Part shown: positions 31,114 through 39,897 of the stretch, piece after piece | How positions within the stretch are numbered: the first letter of the stretch is position 1 | Layout: each line of letters starts with the position of its first letter | Source: Candidatus Oxydemutatoraceae bacterium | GTDB lineage: Bacteria > Pseudomonadota > Gammaproteobacteria > Poriferisulfidales > Oxydemutatoraceae | DNA: 64,000 nucleotides | NCBI GenBank assembly: GCA_965219575.1 | Contig: OZ244779.1 | Location: forward strand, 460,769 to 524,768 | Direction: 5' to 3' | Position numbers and translations under genes: made by a program | Notes under the pieces: model-generated | What the model was told of the DNA's origin: nothing | Seen by the model: the letters and a program-made list of their open reading frames with translations, nothing else | The model's database searches: none

Positions 31114-32192
31114 AAATAGAACTCAGAGAAATAACGGTGCGAAAACTCGTTGATGGTTATAGAGACAATGACGAGGAAGGTGTAGTCGGTTATTCAGGGA
31201 AACTTGATATTCGCCCTCCCTACCAAAGAGAATTTGTGTACAAAGATAAGCAAAGAGATGCTGTTATTGACACCATAACCAGAGACTTTCCTTTGAATGT
31301 GATGTATTGGGCAGTCCGAGATAACGACACCTACGAGATTATCGATGGACAGCAACGCACAGTCTCTATTGCCCGGTATGTAAATGGGGATTTTTCATTC
31401 AACCAACTATATTTCCATAACCTGCCGGACGACAAACAAAACCAAATACTCAATTATAAAATCATGGTTTATTTTTGCGAGGGAACAGATAGCGAGAGAC
31501 TCCAGTGGTTTAAGACGATCAATATCGCAGGGGAAAAATTAACCGATCAAGAATTGCGCAACGCAGTTTATGCAGGGTCATGGGTCTCGGACGCTAAAAG
31601 ATATTTTAGTAAAAGCAATTGTCCAGCACATGGAATGGGAGGAGACTACCTTAGTGGAAGCCCAATTAGGCAGGAGTATTTACAGGCAGTTATTAAATGG
31701 ATAAGCGAAGATAACATTGAAGATTACATGGCGCAACACCACCACAACCCCAATGCTAAAGAATTGTGGGAGTATTTCCAAAAAGTGATTGATTGGCTAG
31801 AAAGCGTTTTCATAAAGAAACGGCGCGAGATGAAATCAGTAGAATGGGGTTATTTGTATAATGAATACAAGGACATAAATGTTGACCCAGAAAAAGTTGA
31901 AAAAGAAGTGGTGAAACTTCTGTGCGATGATGATGTGACCAAGCAATCAGGCATATATCCGTACATCCTTTCTCGTGAAGAAAAACATCTTAACATCCGA
32001 GCTTTTACTCTCGCAATGAAGCGAACAGCATACGAAAAACAAGCCGGCATTTGTGTCACCTGTAAAAAGCATTTTGACTTTTCCGACATGCAAGGCGACC
32101 ATATCACCCCGTGGATTGAGGGAGGCAAAACCACTCCCGAGAACTGCCAAATGCTATGCAAAGAATGCAACTGCCGCAAATCCTCAAACTAA
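31110..32192 (+). CDS. DUF262 (GmrS/ParB-like) domain + HNH endonuclease
   Basis: PPYQREFVY, IIDGQQR, FKTIN; C-terminal CxxC..DHITPW..GG..NCQMLCKECN. Confidence 0.88.
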   Translation: MKIELREITVRKLVDGYRDNDEEGVVGYSGKLDIRPPYQREFVYKDKQRDAVIDTITRDFPLNVMYWAVRDNDTYEIIDGQQRTVSIARYVNGDFSFNQLYFHNLPDDKQNQILNYKIMVYFCEGTDSERLQWFKTINIAGEKLTDQELRNAVYAGSWVSDAKRYFSKSNCPAHGMGGDYLSGSPIRQEYLQAVIKWISEDNIEDYMAQHHHNPNAKELWEYFQKVIDWLESVFIKKRREMKSVEWGYLYNEYKDINVDPEKVEKEVVKLLCDDDVTKQSGIYPYILSREEKHLNIRAFTLAMKRTAYEKQAGICVTCKKHFDFSDMQGDHITPWIEGGKTTPENCQMLCKECNCRKSSN

Positions 32193-32605
32193 CCCCCCAC
32201 CCTTCTCTTCTTAAACAAGGAGACTGTACGGCTCCTATCTAAGTTGTATACTAACTTGCTGGAAGTTGAGCATGGTTAGCTAATCTGCTCCGTAGTTCTC
32301 TCATAATTTTCTTTTAGATGATTTTATATTTTTTGAGATATATGCTGATGAAGTTATTGCGCAAGAAATACAGATATTGATAAATGATGTTTTATTATAT
32401 ATATTAGCATTATTTTAGAAAGGCTTCAGATATATTCTTATAAAAAAGATTATGAGAAATCCTGTTGATTATAAATTTGTTAAAAATTCTAACATTAAAA
32501 AAACTTGATTATGTTGTTTTTAAAATAATTTTTTCTTTATATTTCCTGCTTCTTGGCAATGAATATATAATAAATTACGATGTATATGTTTTTTTATAAC
32601 ATATA

Positions 32606-32633
32606 TTGACAAATAGAAATTTTCTACTATAAT
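32606..32633 (+). promoter_or_regulatory. Consensus sigma70 promoter with palindromic operator; probable leaderless transcript
   Basis: TTGACA-16 nt-TATAAT. Spacer contains TAGAAA-T-TTTCTA; upstream ATATGTT..AACATAT palindrome. ATG is 8 nt after the -10 box with no RBS. Confidence 0.7.
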
Positions 32634-32641
32634 TAATTTTT

Positions 32642-33019
32642 ATGAAAGAACAACTATATACAAAAATTCTGGAAGAACAGAAAAAAAAATTAGAGAAACA
32701 GATAGCATCTGCTCGCATGAAGTACTATGGCCTGAAAAGTGAATTAAAGGGAGTTATGAAAGCTATAGACGCTGTTAAGGGTAATCCTGAAAAAAAAATA
32801 AACCTTAAACAAGAAATACTGACAGTATTAGAAGATAATAATCCAGAGGGGTTATATGCATCAGAAGTAGCAGCAAAAATCGAGGAGAAAAATAACTTAA
32901 CTGTACTTAAACCCTCTGTCTCATCTACTTTATCACGTCTTAAAAAAGAAAAAGTCGTAGATTGCTATGACAGAAAATATACACTGAGAAAAGATGATAG
33001 CTACCTCGCAGACTTTTGA
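32642..33019 (+). CDS. Small basic protein: N-terminal coiled coil + probable winged-HTH
   Basis: Heptad-like N-terminus; ILTVLEDNNPEGLYASEVAAKI...SVSSTLSRLKKE..V resembles a wHTH. Confidence 0.65.
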   Translation: MKEQLYTKILEEQKKKLEKQIASARMKYYGLKSELKGVMKAIDAVKGNPEKKINLKQEILTVLEDNNPEGLYASEVAAKIEEKNNLTVLKPSVSSTLSRLKKEKVVDCYDRKYTLRKDDSYLADF

Positions 33020-33084
33020 TGGACTTAATATACCATCTCTCTTTATGCAAATCTATTCCTGCTATTACTATCTTTATATGGAAA

Positions 33085-33183
33085 GGAGACAACCGGTTGG
33101 CGGTATAACTATCACAACTGGGAGTGCCATTCGTAGCGGTGCCCCAGGATAGTTATGTGGGTTCGATTCCCACTGTCTCCACC
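33085..33183 (+). ncRNA. tRNA-like structured RNA lacking an anticodon arm
   Basis: Acceptor stem GGAGACA/TGTCTCC + ACC; D-like hairpin ACCG-GTTGG-CGGT; T-arm GTGGG-TTCGATT-CCCAC; long helix ATAACTATC/GATAGTTAT + CTGGG/CCCAG instead of an anticodon arm. Confidence 0.65.
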
Positions 33184-33249
33184 TCCAATTATATCTTATC
33201 TCTCCGTAAAATCCTATTTTCTGTACGATGCCATAACATATTAGACTTG

Positions 33250-33358
33250 GTATGATTCTCCTTAAATTCACTAATAAACTGAAAATATTTTTTCCAATGA
33301 ACTGGAAACTAGTGGCATGAAAACTAACTTTGCAGATGAGCCTAAAATGAGGTAACCA
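33250..33358. mobile_element. Degenerate IS3-end-derived MITE
   Basis: CATGAAAACTAACTTTGCAGATGAGCCTAAAATGAGGTAAC resembles the IS3 right end; weak left-end match upstream. Confidence 0.5.
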
Positions 33359-33362
33359 CAAA

Positions 33363-33773
33363 TCAATTCTTATCTAAAAACCTGCTTATCTTGCGCCTTA
33401 GGCGGTCTAGGTTTGATAATTCACATTCCCACACCACGATAGATTTCCAGCCCATGCGGCGTAATTTATCTCTGACTCGTTTGTCTCGCCGTCTATTACT
33501 TTCCAGCTTGGGTTTCCAAAAGCTTCGTCTGGATTTAGGCATTGTTCCTTTCGGACAGTTCTCGTGTGCATGCCAGAAGCATCCGTGAACGAAGATAGCT
33601 TTATTTAGTGATTTGAAAACCATGTCGGGACAGCCCGGCAATTCTTTGACATGTAGTCTATAGCGATAACCCATGCGGTGGGTTAATCTACGGACGGTGA
33701 TTTCCGGTTTAGTGTTTCGGGTGCGCACCGAAGCCATTAATTTACTTCTTTGAATTTTCGTTAGCGTGTCCAT
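33363..33773 (-). CDS. vsr: Very short patch repair endonuclease
   Basis: MDTLT..RS..M, NTKPE, LPGCPD, FVHGCFWH, VVWECE. Confidence 0.92.
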   Translation of the reverse strand: MDTLTKIQRSKLMASVRTRNTKPEITVRRLTHRMGYRYRLHVKELPGCPDMVFKSLNKAIFVHGCFWHAHENCPKGTMPKSRRSFWKPKLESNRRRDKRVRDKLRRMGWKSIVVWECELSNLDRLRRKISRFLDKN

Positions 33774-33844
33774 TGCCTCTGATGCCGTCATAACGGACGG
33801 ACTTTTCACAAAACTATAGTGTTCTTACCCGGTAATACTTGATG

Positions 33845-34915
33845 TTAGAGTGATGTCGACATGTGCCTTATGATTGTTGTTCCCAAAGCCTTCGCCAGTT
33901 TCGGTGGCACTGCGTTTCCAATCATGCGTTGTATGGCGGTACGGTTCGGGATTTCTTCCTCGGAGCAGAATTCGTAATTTCTCGGAAAAGATTGCAGGAG
34001 CATGGCTTCTCTAAGTGTGATTGATCTGTCCTGTTCGGGATGCCCGAATCGCCCGTTTCCGATACCGGTGCAATGGGTTGTCATAGTCGGAGACGGCTTA
34101 TCCCACCACATTCTGCCGTAGTTGCAACCGTAGCTTTGTCCCGAGATTTTCTTATGGCAGTCCAATACCAAATTACTCGGCCAGTCATGTCGTGTACCGC
34201 CGTCATGCTTAGTCATACGCATGCGTTCTAGGTTCAAGGGTGAGAGGTCGGGAGCGCAGTGCATGCGATCCGTCGGATCTTCTTCGCCTGCTTTCAGAGG
34301 TGGCAGCTTTTCTATGGCTCTACGCACCGTTTCCCATTGCCCGTCATTTCGGTATGCTCCGGCGGGAACCGAAATTTTGCCTAAGCGAGAGGCTAGTAAG
34401 ACCCACCGTTTGCGTGATTGCGGGACACCGTATTCGCAACAATTAATAATTTTCCAGTCAACATGATATTTGTTCTTCGTTAAGGTTGCGAGAAATTGCT
34501 GAAACACAGCACTCCTTCGGCTCGCTAGTCCCGGAACATTCTCCATAGTAACGAATTCCGGTAATATCCCCTCTATATAACGACCGAAATGTTTCAGCAA
34601 ATCCCAGTCGTCATGAAGTTTTTTTTCTTTGGTGGTAAGTTGTGAAAACGGTTGGCACGGTGCACAACCGGCTAAGAGTCTATATTGTCCGGTTGCGAAT
34701 AGTCCGGCGACATCCGAATGGTGATTGCGAGTTAAATCCCACTCGTAAAACCGAGATCCCGGATTATTTGTTTCATAGGCATAGCGAGCCTGCCTGTCAA
34801 TATCGATGCCTGCCGCTACTCGGATACCCGCTTTACGCAATCCGTAGGTTAGACCGCCGGCACCACAAAAGAGATCTACGGCACTGATTTTCTTTGTAAT
34901 CGTTCTTTTAGACAT
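33845..34915 (-). CDS. C5 cytosine DNA methyltransferase
   Basis: DLFCGAGG, GCAPCQPFS, ENVPG, PQSRKR, IGNAVPP. Confidence 0.93.
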   Translation of the reverse strand: MSKRTITKKISAVDLFCGAGGLTYGLRKAGIRVAAGIDIDRQARYAYETNNPGSRFYEWDLTRNHHSDVAGLFATGQYRLLAGCAPCQPFSQLTTKEKKLHDDWDLLKHFGRYIEGILPEFVTMENVPGLASRRSAVFQQFLATLTKNKYHVDWKIINCCEYGVPQSRKRWVLLASRLGKISVPAGAYRNDGQWETVRRAIEKLPPLKAGEEDPTDRMHCAPDLSPLNLERMRMTKHDGGTRHDWPSNLVLDCHKKISGQSYGCNYGRMWWDKPSPTMTTHCTGIGNGRFGHPEQDRSITLREAMLLQSFPRNYEFCSEEEIPNRTAIQRMIGNAVPPKLAKALGTTIIRHMSTSL

Positions 34916-36683
34916 TAATGGATTTTATAATAGTTTCAATTCTTTGAATCTGCTTGCTTGCCTTTTCTTGAGCCTCTATATATTCTTTATATTGTTTCTC
35001 GGCTTGAGATATGATTTCTTGATATGTCGTTACCCTAATACCACTTTCTTGAAGAGTTCTTTTACCTGTTTCCATTTCATCGGGACTCTCCCAACCAATA
35101 GGAAATTCTCCTAGAATAATAACACCTTCCACGATGTTATCTTTTCTACCTGAGTCTTTTAATTCTTTGGAAACAGCACTCATATATTCGCGGATTTGTT
35201 TTGCTAAATCAAAATGGTTGAGTTTTCTTCCGGGTCTCTTAAGTTCTATCACCACATGTTGTTCGGGTGCTTTTTTGTATTGAATATCAATTCTTAATTC
35301 TTTTATCCTCTCTACTTCTTTGCCGGTTTTATCGTCAAGTTCTTTCCAACGTCTTTTTACCCGTTTTTCCAACTTTTGTTCTGCACAAGCTCGATCCCAG
35401 GAGGGATCTAATAACCACAAATGATCATATATATGTTCTTGAATAATTTTCTCTAGTTGCTTTTCATTTACATACTTTTGCAATTTATTTATGATTTCTA
35501 GACGCCCTTCGGTTATAGTGTAATAACTCATTGCTTCGATTTCATCTTGATTTCTGAACAATTCTGAGAATTGTTCTAAATTGTCTAAAGAAACATTGCT
35601 CAGAGCGTCTAAATTACCCCTCATACGCATTTGTTCTACAGCAGGTACGAAATGGCGAATTATATCTCTTTTCCTATCGCTGTCGTCAAGTGTTGCAGTA
35701 TATTTAAACAATCTATTGGTTATTTTTTGAGCATCTTGAGAAAGTTCGTCGTACCATTCTTTTATATCTTTATTTTTGCCAAGAATATCCTCTTTGGCTC
35801 TATCAGTTCTTAATTTGTGCCAATCTCCACATATATGTGTAACTAGACTCCTAATGCTTTCTTTAACATTTTGATAACGGTCGTCATTCTGATTTAAGTG
35901 TTGTCTGCCACTGGTTGCCATATCTTCTTCATCATCCCTGTCAAGATAATTTGCATGGATTTCTCCTATAAGATATTTTACGGCAACATCTCCCTTACCT
36001 AAGCTGTGTAATATATCCTCTTGGGCCAATCTACCGCGCATCATGATAGCGATATTATTAAAATTCTCGCCGCCGTCATCCATTAACTGGTTGACTTCGA
36101 ATACTGAACCAACCCATCCCGACAACCTGCTACCGTTATCTTTAATCAAATTTTTATCAATATGCTTATGCAAAGAATTGCAACAGGCTTTCTTAATTTC
36201 CGCTGCTTTGTCTTTATCTCCAAAAGTCCAGAGTTTTGAATTTTAGAGAAATAATTTCTGTCGCTTACGCTCACCTCGTCATTATTTACAAAAACCTTGA
36301 AATGATACTTATCTCCGATTATCGAGAATCTTCTAGATAGACGTTCTCTTAAATACTTATGTAGCCCCCTTGATTTATGTCGAAAACTAGTAAGTTCTAT
36401 TCTAGTGCCACAATCAAAGTTTATTTCACTATTTATTTCACTTTCATCTAGTTCATTCGGATAGTAATCGTTTTTTCCCTGAATTGCTTTTTTTATCTCG
36501 GGATACGACAATTCAAGCCCAATTTTCTTTCCTTCTTTAACCGAATACACCTTAACTTCATTAGCTATTGAGAATAGTGCCAATCTACCGATTCCTTTTC
36601 TCCCCATAACCGGTCGCTCATATTTTGGTGTTTTCTGTTCATTGGCATCCCGCCGCCGATAACCAATGGTGAGATATTTTTTT

Positions 36684-38031
36684 GGGAATTATATACTTAA
36701 ATACATAAATCAGTCTCGCTTCTCTAGCTTAAAGCGAGTATTTAGTTCCTTAGTTGTGGGGTTTTTGTTCTGATACTTTGTGCGATTAGGGGTAGGCTTT
36801 AGCAACACCTCTTTTATAGCTTCCTTAAAATCCCTTTCGTTTATTGGTTTATGATCTTTAGGGTTCATTTCTTAAACTTTCGCTTACTTCACTTGACAAC
36901 GCTGGCAACATACTTGTTGGCGATTGCAGCTGTGTTATGAAACCGCTCTAAGCTATCCACTTTAATTACTGCCGGTAAGTTCTTTATAACTTAATCGCTT
37001 ACCCAAAAAGCCTTTAGCTAGTGCTGCCATGCGCTCTAGGGTATCTACTTGACAGTTTCCTTTGTTCAATCTAAAAGAAAACTCATCTACATATCTCGGC
37101 AAATGCTTTATGCTGACATGATGATAAGTTCCGCTTAATCCGCGCTTAAGCAAAGCCCATACGCTTTCTATGCCGTTGGTATGTGTCATGCCATTGACAT
37201 ATTCCTTCACCAAATGATTGACTGTATCATGTTTGTAGAGCATACCACTGACACTCAAATAACCTGAATGTTCATCAGTATATAATTGGCTACCGATTTC
37301 TACATTGCTAGTTATTGCTCTGTGTAGTGTAGGTTGCTTGGTGTTTGCAACTGGCATCGCTTTAGTTCTACCGCATCTCTCGCGCATGCCGAGTATGATA
37401 GATTTCCCAACCACACCTCTGCCAGATTTCAACTGCTTGTTCTCGTGCTTGTTCCGTTCCTTACCACCAATATAGGTTTCGTCTATTTCCACTGAACCCG
37501 ATAGCTTAAAAGCACCTTGCTTGCATGCCTCACGGACACGCTGTAGCATAAACCAAGCCGACTTTTGAGTAATGCTTAATTCCTTTGATAGCTGTAAAGA
37601 CGATACACCTTTACGCGCCGTTAGAATTAAATAACAAACAATCGCCCATTTTGTTAAAGGCAATTTTGAAGCATGCATTAGCGTCCCAGTTTTGACCGTA
37701 AATGTGTATTGTGGACTACACGAATTACAGCAATAAGCGTGCTGGTGTTGCTTATCTCTACGCTTAACTATGTTATCCTCTGAATTGCATTTAGGACATA
37801 CTGGGGTGCCGTTCCAACGCACAGCTTCAAACCATTTACTCGCTTTGTATTCAGTGGAAAACATCTTTTGCAACTCTAGTATGCCGATTGTTTTAGCTCG
37901 TCTTTTCATGTTTATCTCCATAGGTTATTTGTGTATCATTGTGTCACAAAATTAAAATAAATAAAACCTTAAATAACCCTTGAATTATATAGCTTTCATT
38001 AATCAGTTATGTATTTAAGTATATAATTCCC
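36684..38031 (-). mobile_element. IS1595-family insertion sequence (1348 bp), transposase 36962-37921
   Basis: TIR GGGAATTATATACTTAAATACATAA; 8-bp TSD ATTTTTTT; zinc ribbon CPKC/CNSC, VEIDETYIGG, YTDE, HTNGIESVW. Confidence 0.93.
36710..36868 (-). CDS. Small basic passenger ORF (52 aa) within IS1595
   Basis: MNPKDHKPINERDFKEAIKEVLL...NPTTKELNTRFKLEKRD*, downstream of the transposase and inside the TIR. Confidence 0.4.
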   Translation of the reverse strand: MNPKDHKPINERDFKEAIKEVLLKPTPNRTKYQNKNPTTKELNTRFKLEKRD

Positions 38032-38537
38032 ATTTTTTTTGGATGTCATCCCTGTTCATACCGTGACCGTCGTCTTTGATTACGATTTTGTCTTCGCTGG
38101 TCAGTATATCGACTCGTTCGGCATCGGCATCCCATGCGTTTGCTACTAATTCTGCGAGAGCAGCCGGAAATCCGCTGTATAGTTTGACACCTAGGTCGTC
38201 AATAGTGCCTAGGCTTACTTTCATGTATAAAGGTTTTTGCTCTTCAGCCATAACAAAGTTTTATCCGATTCAAGGGTTCGCCATATTATAGTCTATATAT
38301 GAGACAACCTTCCGCTAAGCAAGCGTAAGCCATAAATTAGGATGTAATCCCAAGTAGATATGTAACTAAAAATGGGGTAATGTCTATGCCATGCAGGGTG
38401 CTCTGCTTCTACTGTTCTTTCGCTGTTTAGGACGCAATATTTAGATTTTGTAAGAGGTTACGCCACTTGCCCGACTGGAGCAAGTGGCAATTCTATGCAA
38501 CAAGTGGCAGTGCTATTTGTGCAATGACAACACTTTT

Positions 38538-39488
38538 TCAATCGGCGGTTGTATCTTTTAGCTGTTCAATCTCAGTGGCGGATATACCTATCACCTCGGA
38601 AATCTCGGAAATCTCGTAACCTTTTTGTAGCATGTTCAGAGCGATTTCGTGATTCCTTGCTGTTTTACCTTTGCCCATTCCATCGGCATGCCCTTCTCGC
38701 AAGCCTTTCTCATAAAAACCACGCTCTTCCAATCTATCATCCAACTTTTGTATCTTTCGCACCATAGAAACTAGGTCTAATCTCCCATCTTTTGATACCT
38801 TCTCTAAATGTTCTAGTATCATTTTTGTCTCTTTGTCTTGTGATAGGTGTGCTACTTCTTCGTCTGTGAGATCGGCCGCTTTCTTCATAATGTAACACCA
38901 TCTTTCCTTCATATCGACTAGTTCAAAGCAGCTTTCTTTGAGTTTACTCAATTCCACCATCACCAATCTGGAACGCTGATTGAGCTCGTCATGCGGCTGT
39001 CCATTCGAATACCATATCGGTTGGTGTATATAGTCCGGTGAGTCTTCGAATAAAACGAGATCTTCAAACATCAACACATAGGCTGGTCTCCCTCTGTAAA
39101 AAATCCCTCGCTTCGCTAGCACAAAGTAAGGCGGCACTCTATCCAAGAAGTGGTCTTCAATAACCGCCGGCATCTCCACATTGACATTTTTGCCACTACT
39201 CAATGTCACCTTAAAGTCCAATATGATATGCCTATTATTCGGTGCCACCGACATTATAAAATCATCTTCCCAGCGTAGTTTGTCGCCCGGTTGATTTTGT
39301 TTGATGGTCTTTTGCCTATGGGAGAATATTTTGTCTAATTCTCTAGGTCTTAGAATGAATACATCCGAGATCTTATCGGTAATAGGCAAGAAACATTCAA
39401 ACAAGGAGATGAGTACTTGTTTATTGCTCGTAAAAAACTTTTTGAAAACGGCATCTTGTGTAAGTGATAAATATTTAGTTTGTTCCAT
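38538..39488 (-). CDS. Rpn / PD-(D/E)xK nuclease-family transposase-like protein, possibly degenerate
   Basis: DAVFKKFF, ILDF..NVEMP (usually xEMQ), VELSK, ERWCY, EKGLREG...IALNMLQKG..ISEI tail; AGGAG RBS before ATG 39488. Confidence 0.8.
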   Translation of the reverse strand: MEQTKYLSLTQDAVFKKFFTSNKQVLISLFECFLPITDKISDVFILRPRELDKIFSHRQKTIKQNQPGDKLRWEDDFIMSVAPNNRHIILDFKVTLSSGKNVNVEMPAVIEDHFLDRVPPYFVLAKRGIFYRGRPAYVLMFEDLVLFEDSPDYIHQPIWYSNGQPHDELNQRSRLVMVELSKLKESCFELVDMKERWCYIMKKAADLTDEEVAHLSQDKETKMILEHLEKVSKDGRLDLVSMVRKIQKLDDRLEERGFYEKGLREGHADGMGKGKTARNHEIALNMLQKGYEISEISEVIGISATEIEQLKDTTAD

Positions 39489-39622
39489 GATAAATCTCCT
39501 GAGTTTTGATTGAAAACTCATAGTGTGGATCAATATTCAATAACCTGAAAAAACATTCCGATGAACGGTAGTAAATATCCGATAAACGGTGTGAGGTTGT
39601 ATAAAAACAGGCGGAATTATAT

Positions 39623-39668
39623 CGACCTTCCCTCATTTTTAGGACCGCCTGCAAAGTTAGTTTTCATG
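39623..39668 (+). mobile_element. IS3-type terminal repeat, inverted relative to 47231-47276
   Basis: 37/46 identity (counted by eye) to the reverse complement of 47231-47276; also similar to the IS end at 60721. Confidence 0.7.
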
Positions 39669-39897
39669 TTATTGTCTGCGCAAATACACTTTGAAATAAC
39701 ATAAGTATTAATAGTCATTCTGCACAATTGGTTATAGGCAAGATAACCAATTCAAGTGGTATTGCCATCATATATAAAAAGGCAAGAGTGACTGTAGAAA
39801 ACTGATGGATAGATTATAATGAAGTCCGCCACACAGTGCATTGTCAACGATGCTCGGTAAGCGCGGTAAAGTCTATAATTACTCAGCCTAAGAATGC

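Larger units (their letters stand above)
34908..38251 (-). pseudogene. GHKL/MORC-type ATPase fused to a PD-(D/E)xK restriction endonuclease, disrupted by IS1595 and a frameshift
   Basis: ELVANAWDA and DDGHGM (38251-38040) join in frame, after removing the IS, to KKYLTIGY...MGRKGIGRLA. 1-nt frameshift near 36235. C-terminal RIDI...VIELKRP nuclease motif. Confidence 0.85.

Noticed and set aside
33079-33183. Canonical tRNA, tRNA-Sec or intact tmRNA
   Set aside because: No 7-nt anticodon loop, no UCA arm or 8-bp acceptor stem, no tag reading frame, no G3-U70 pair; kept only as a tRNA-like RNA.
33074-33361. 95-aa minus-strand ORF
   Set aside because: It is antisense to the tRNA-like RNA (WRWRQWESNP is typical of a reverse-translated T-arm) and overlaps a MITE.
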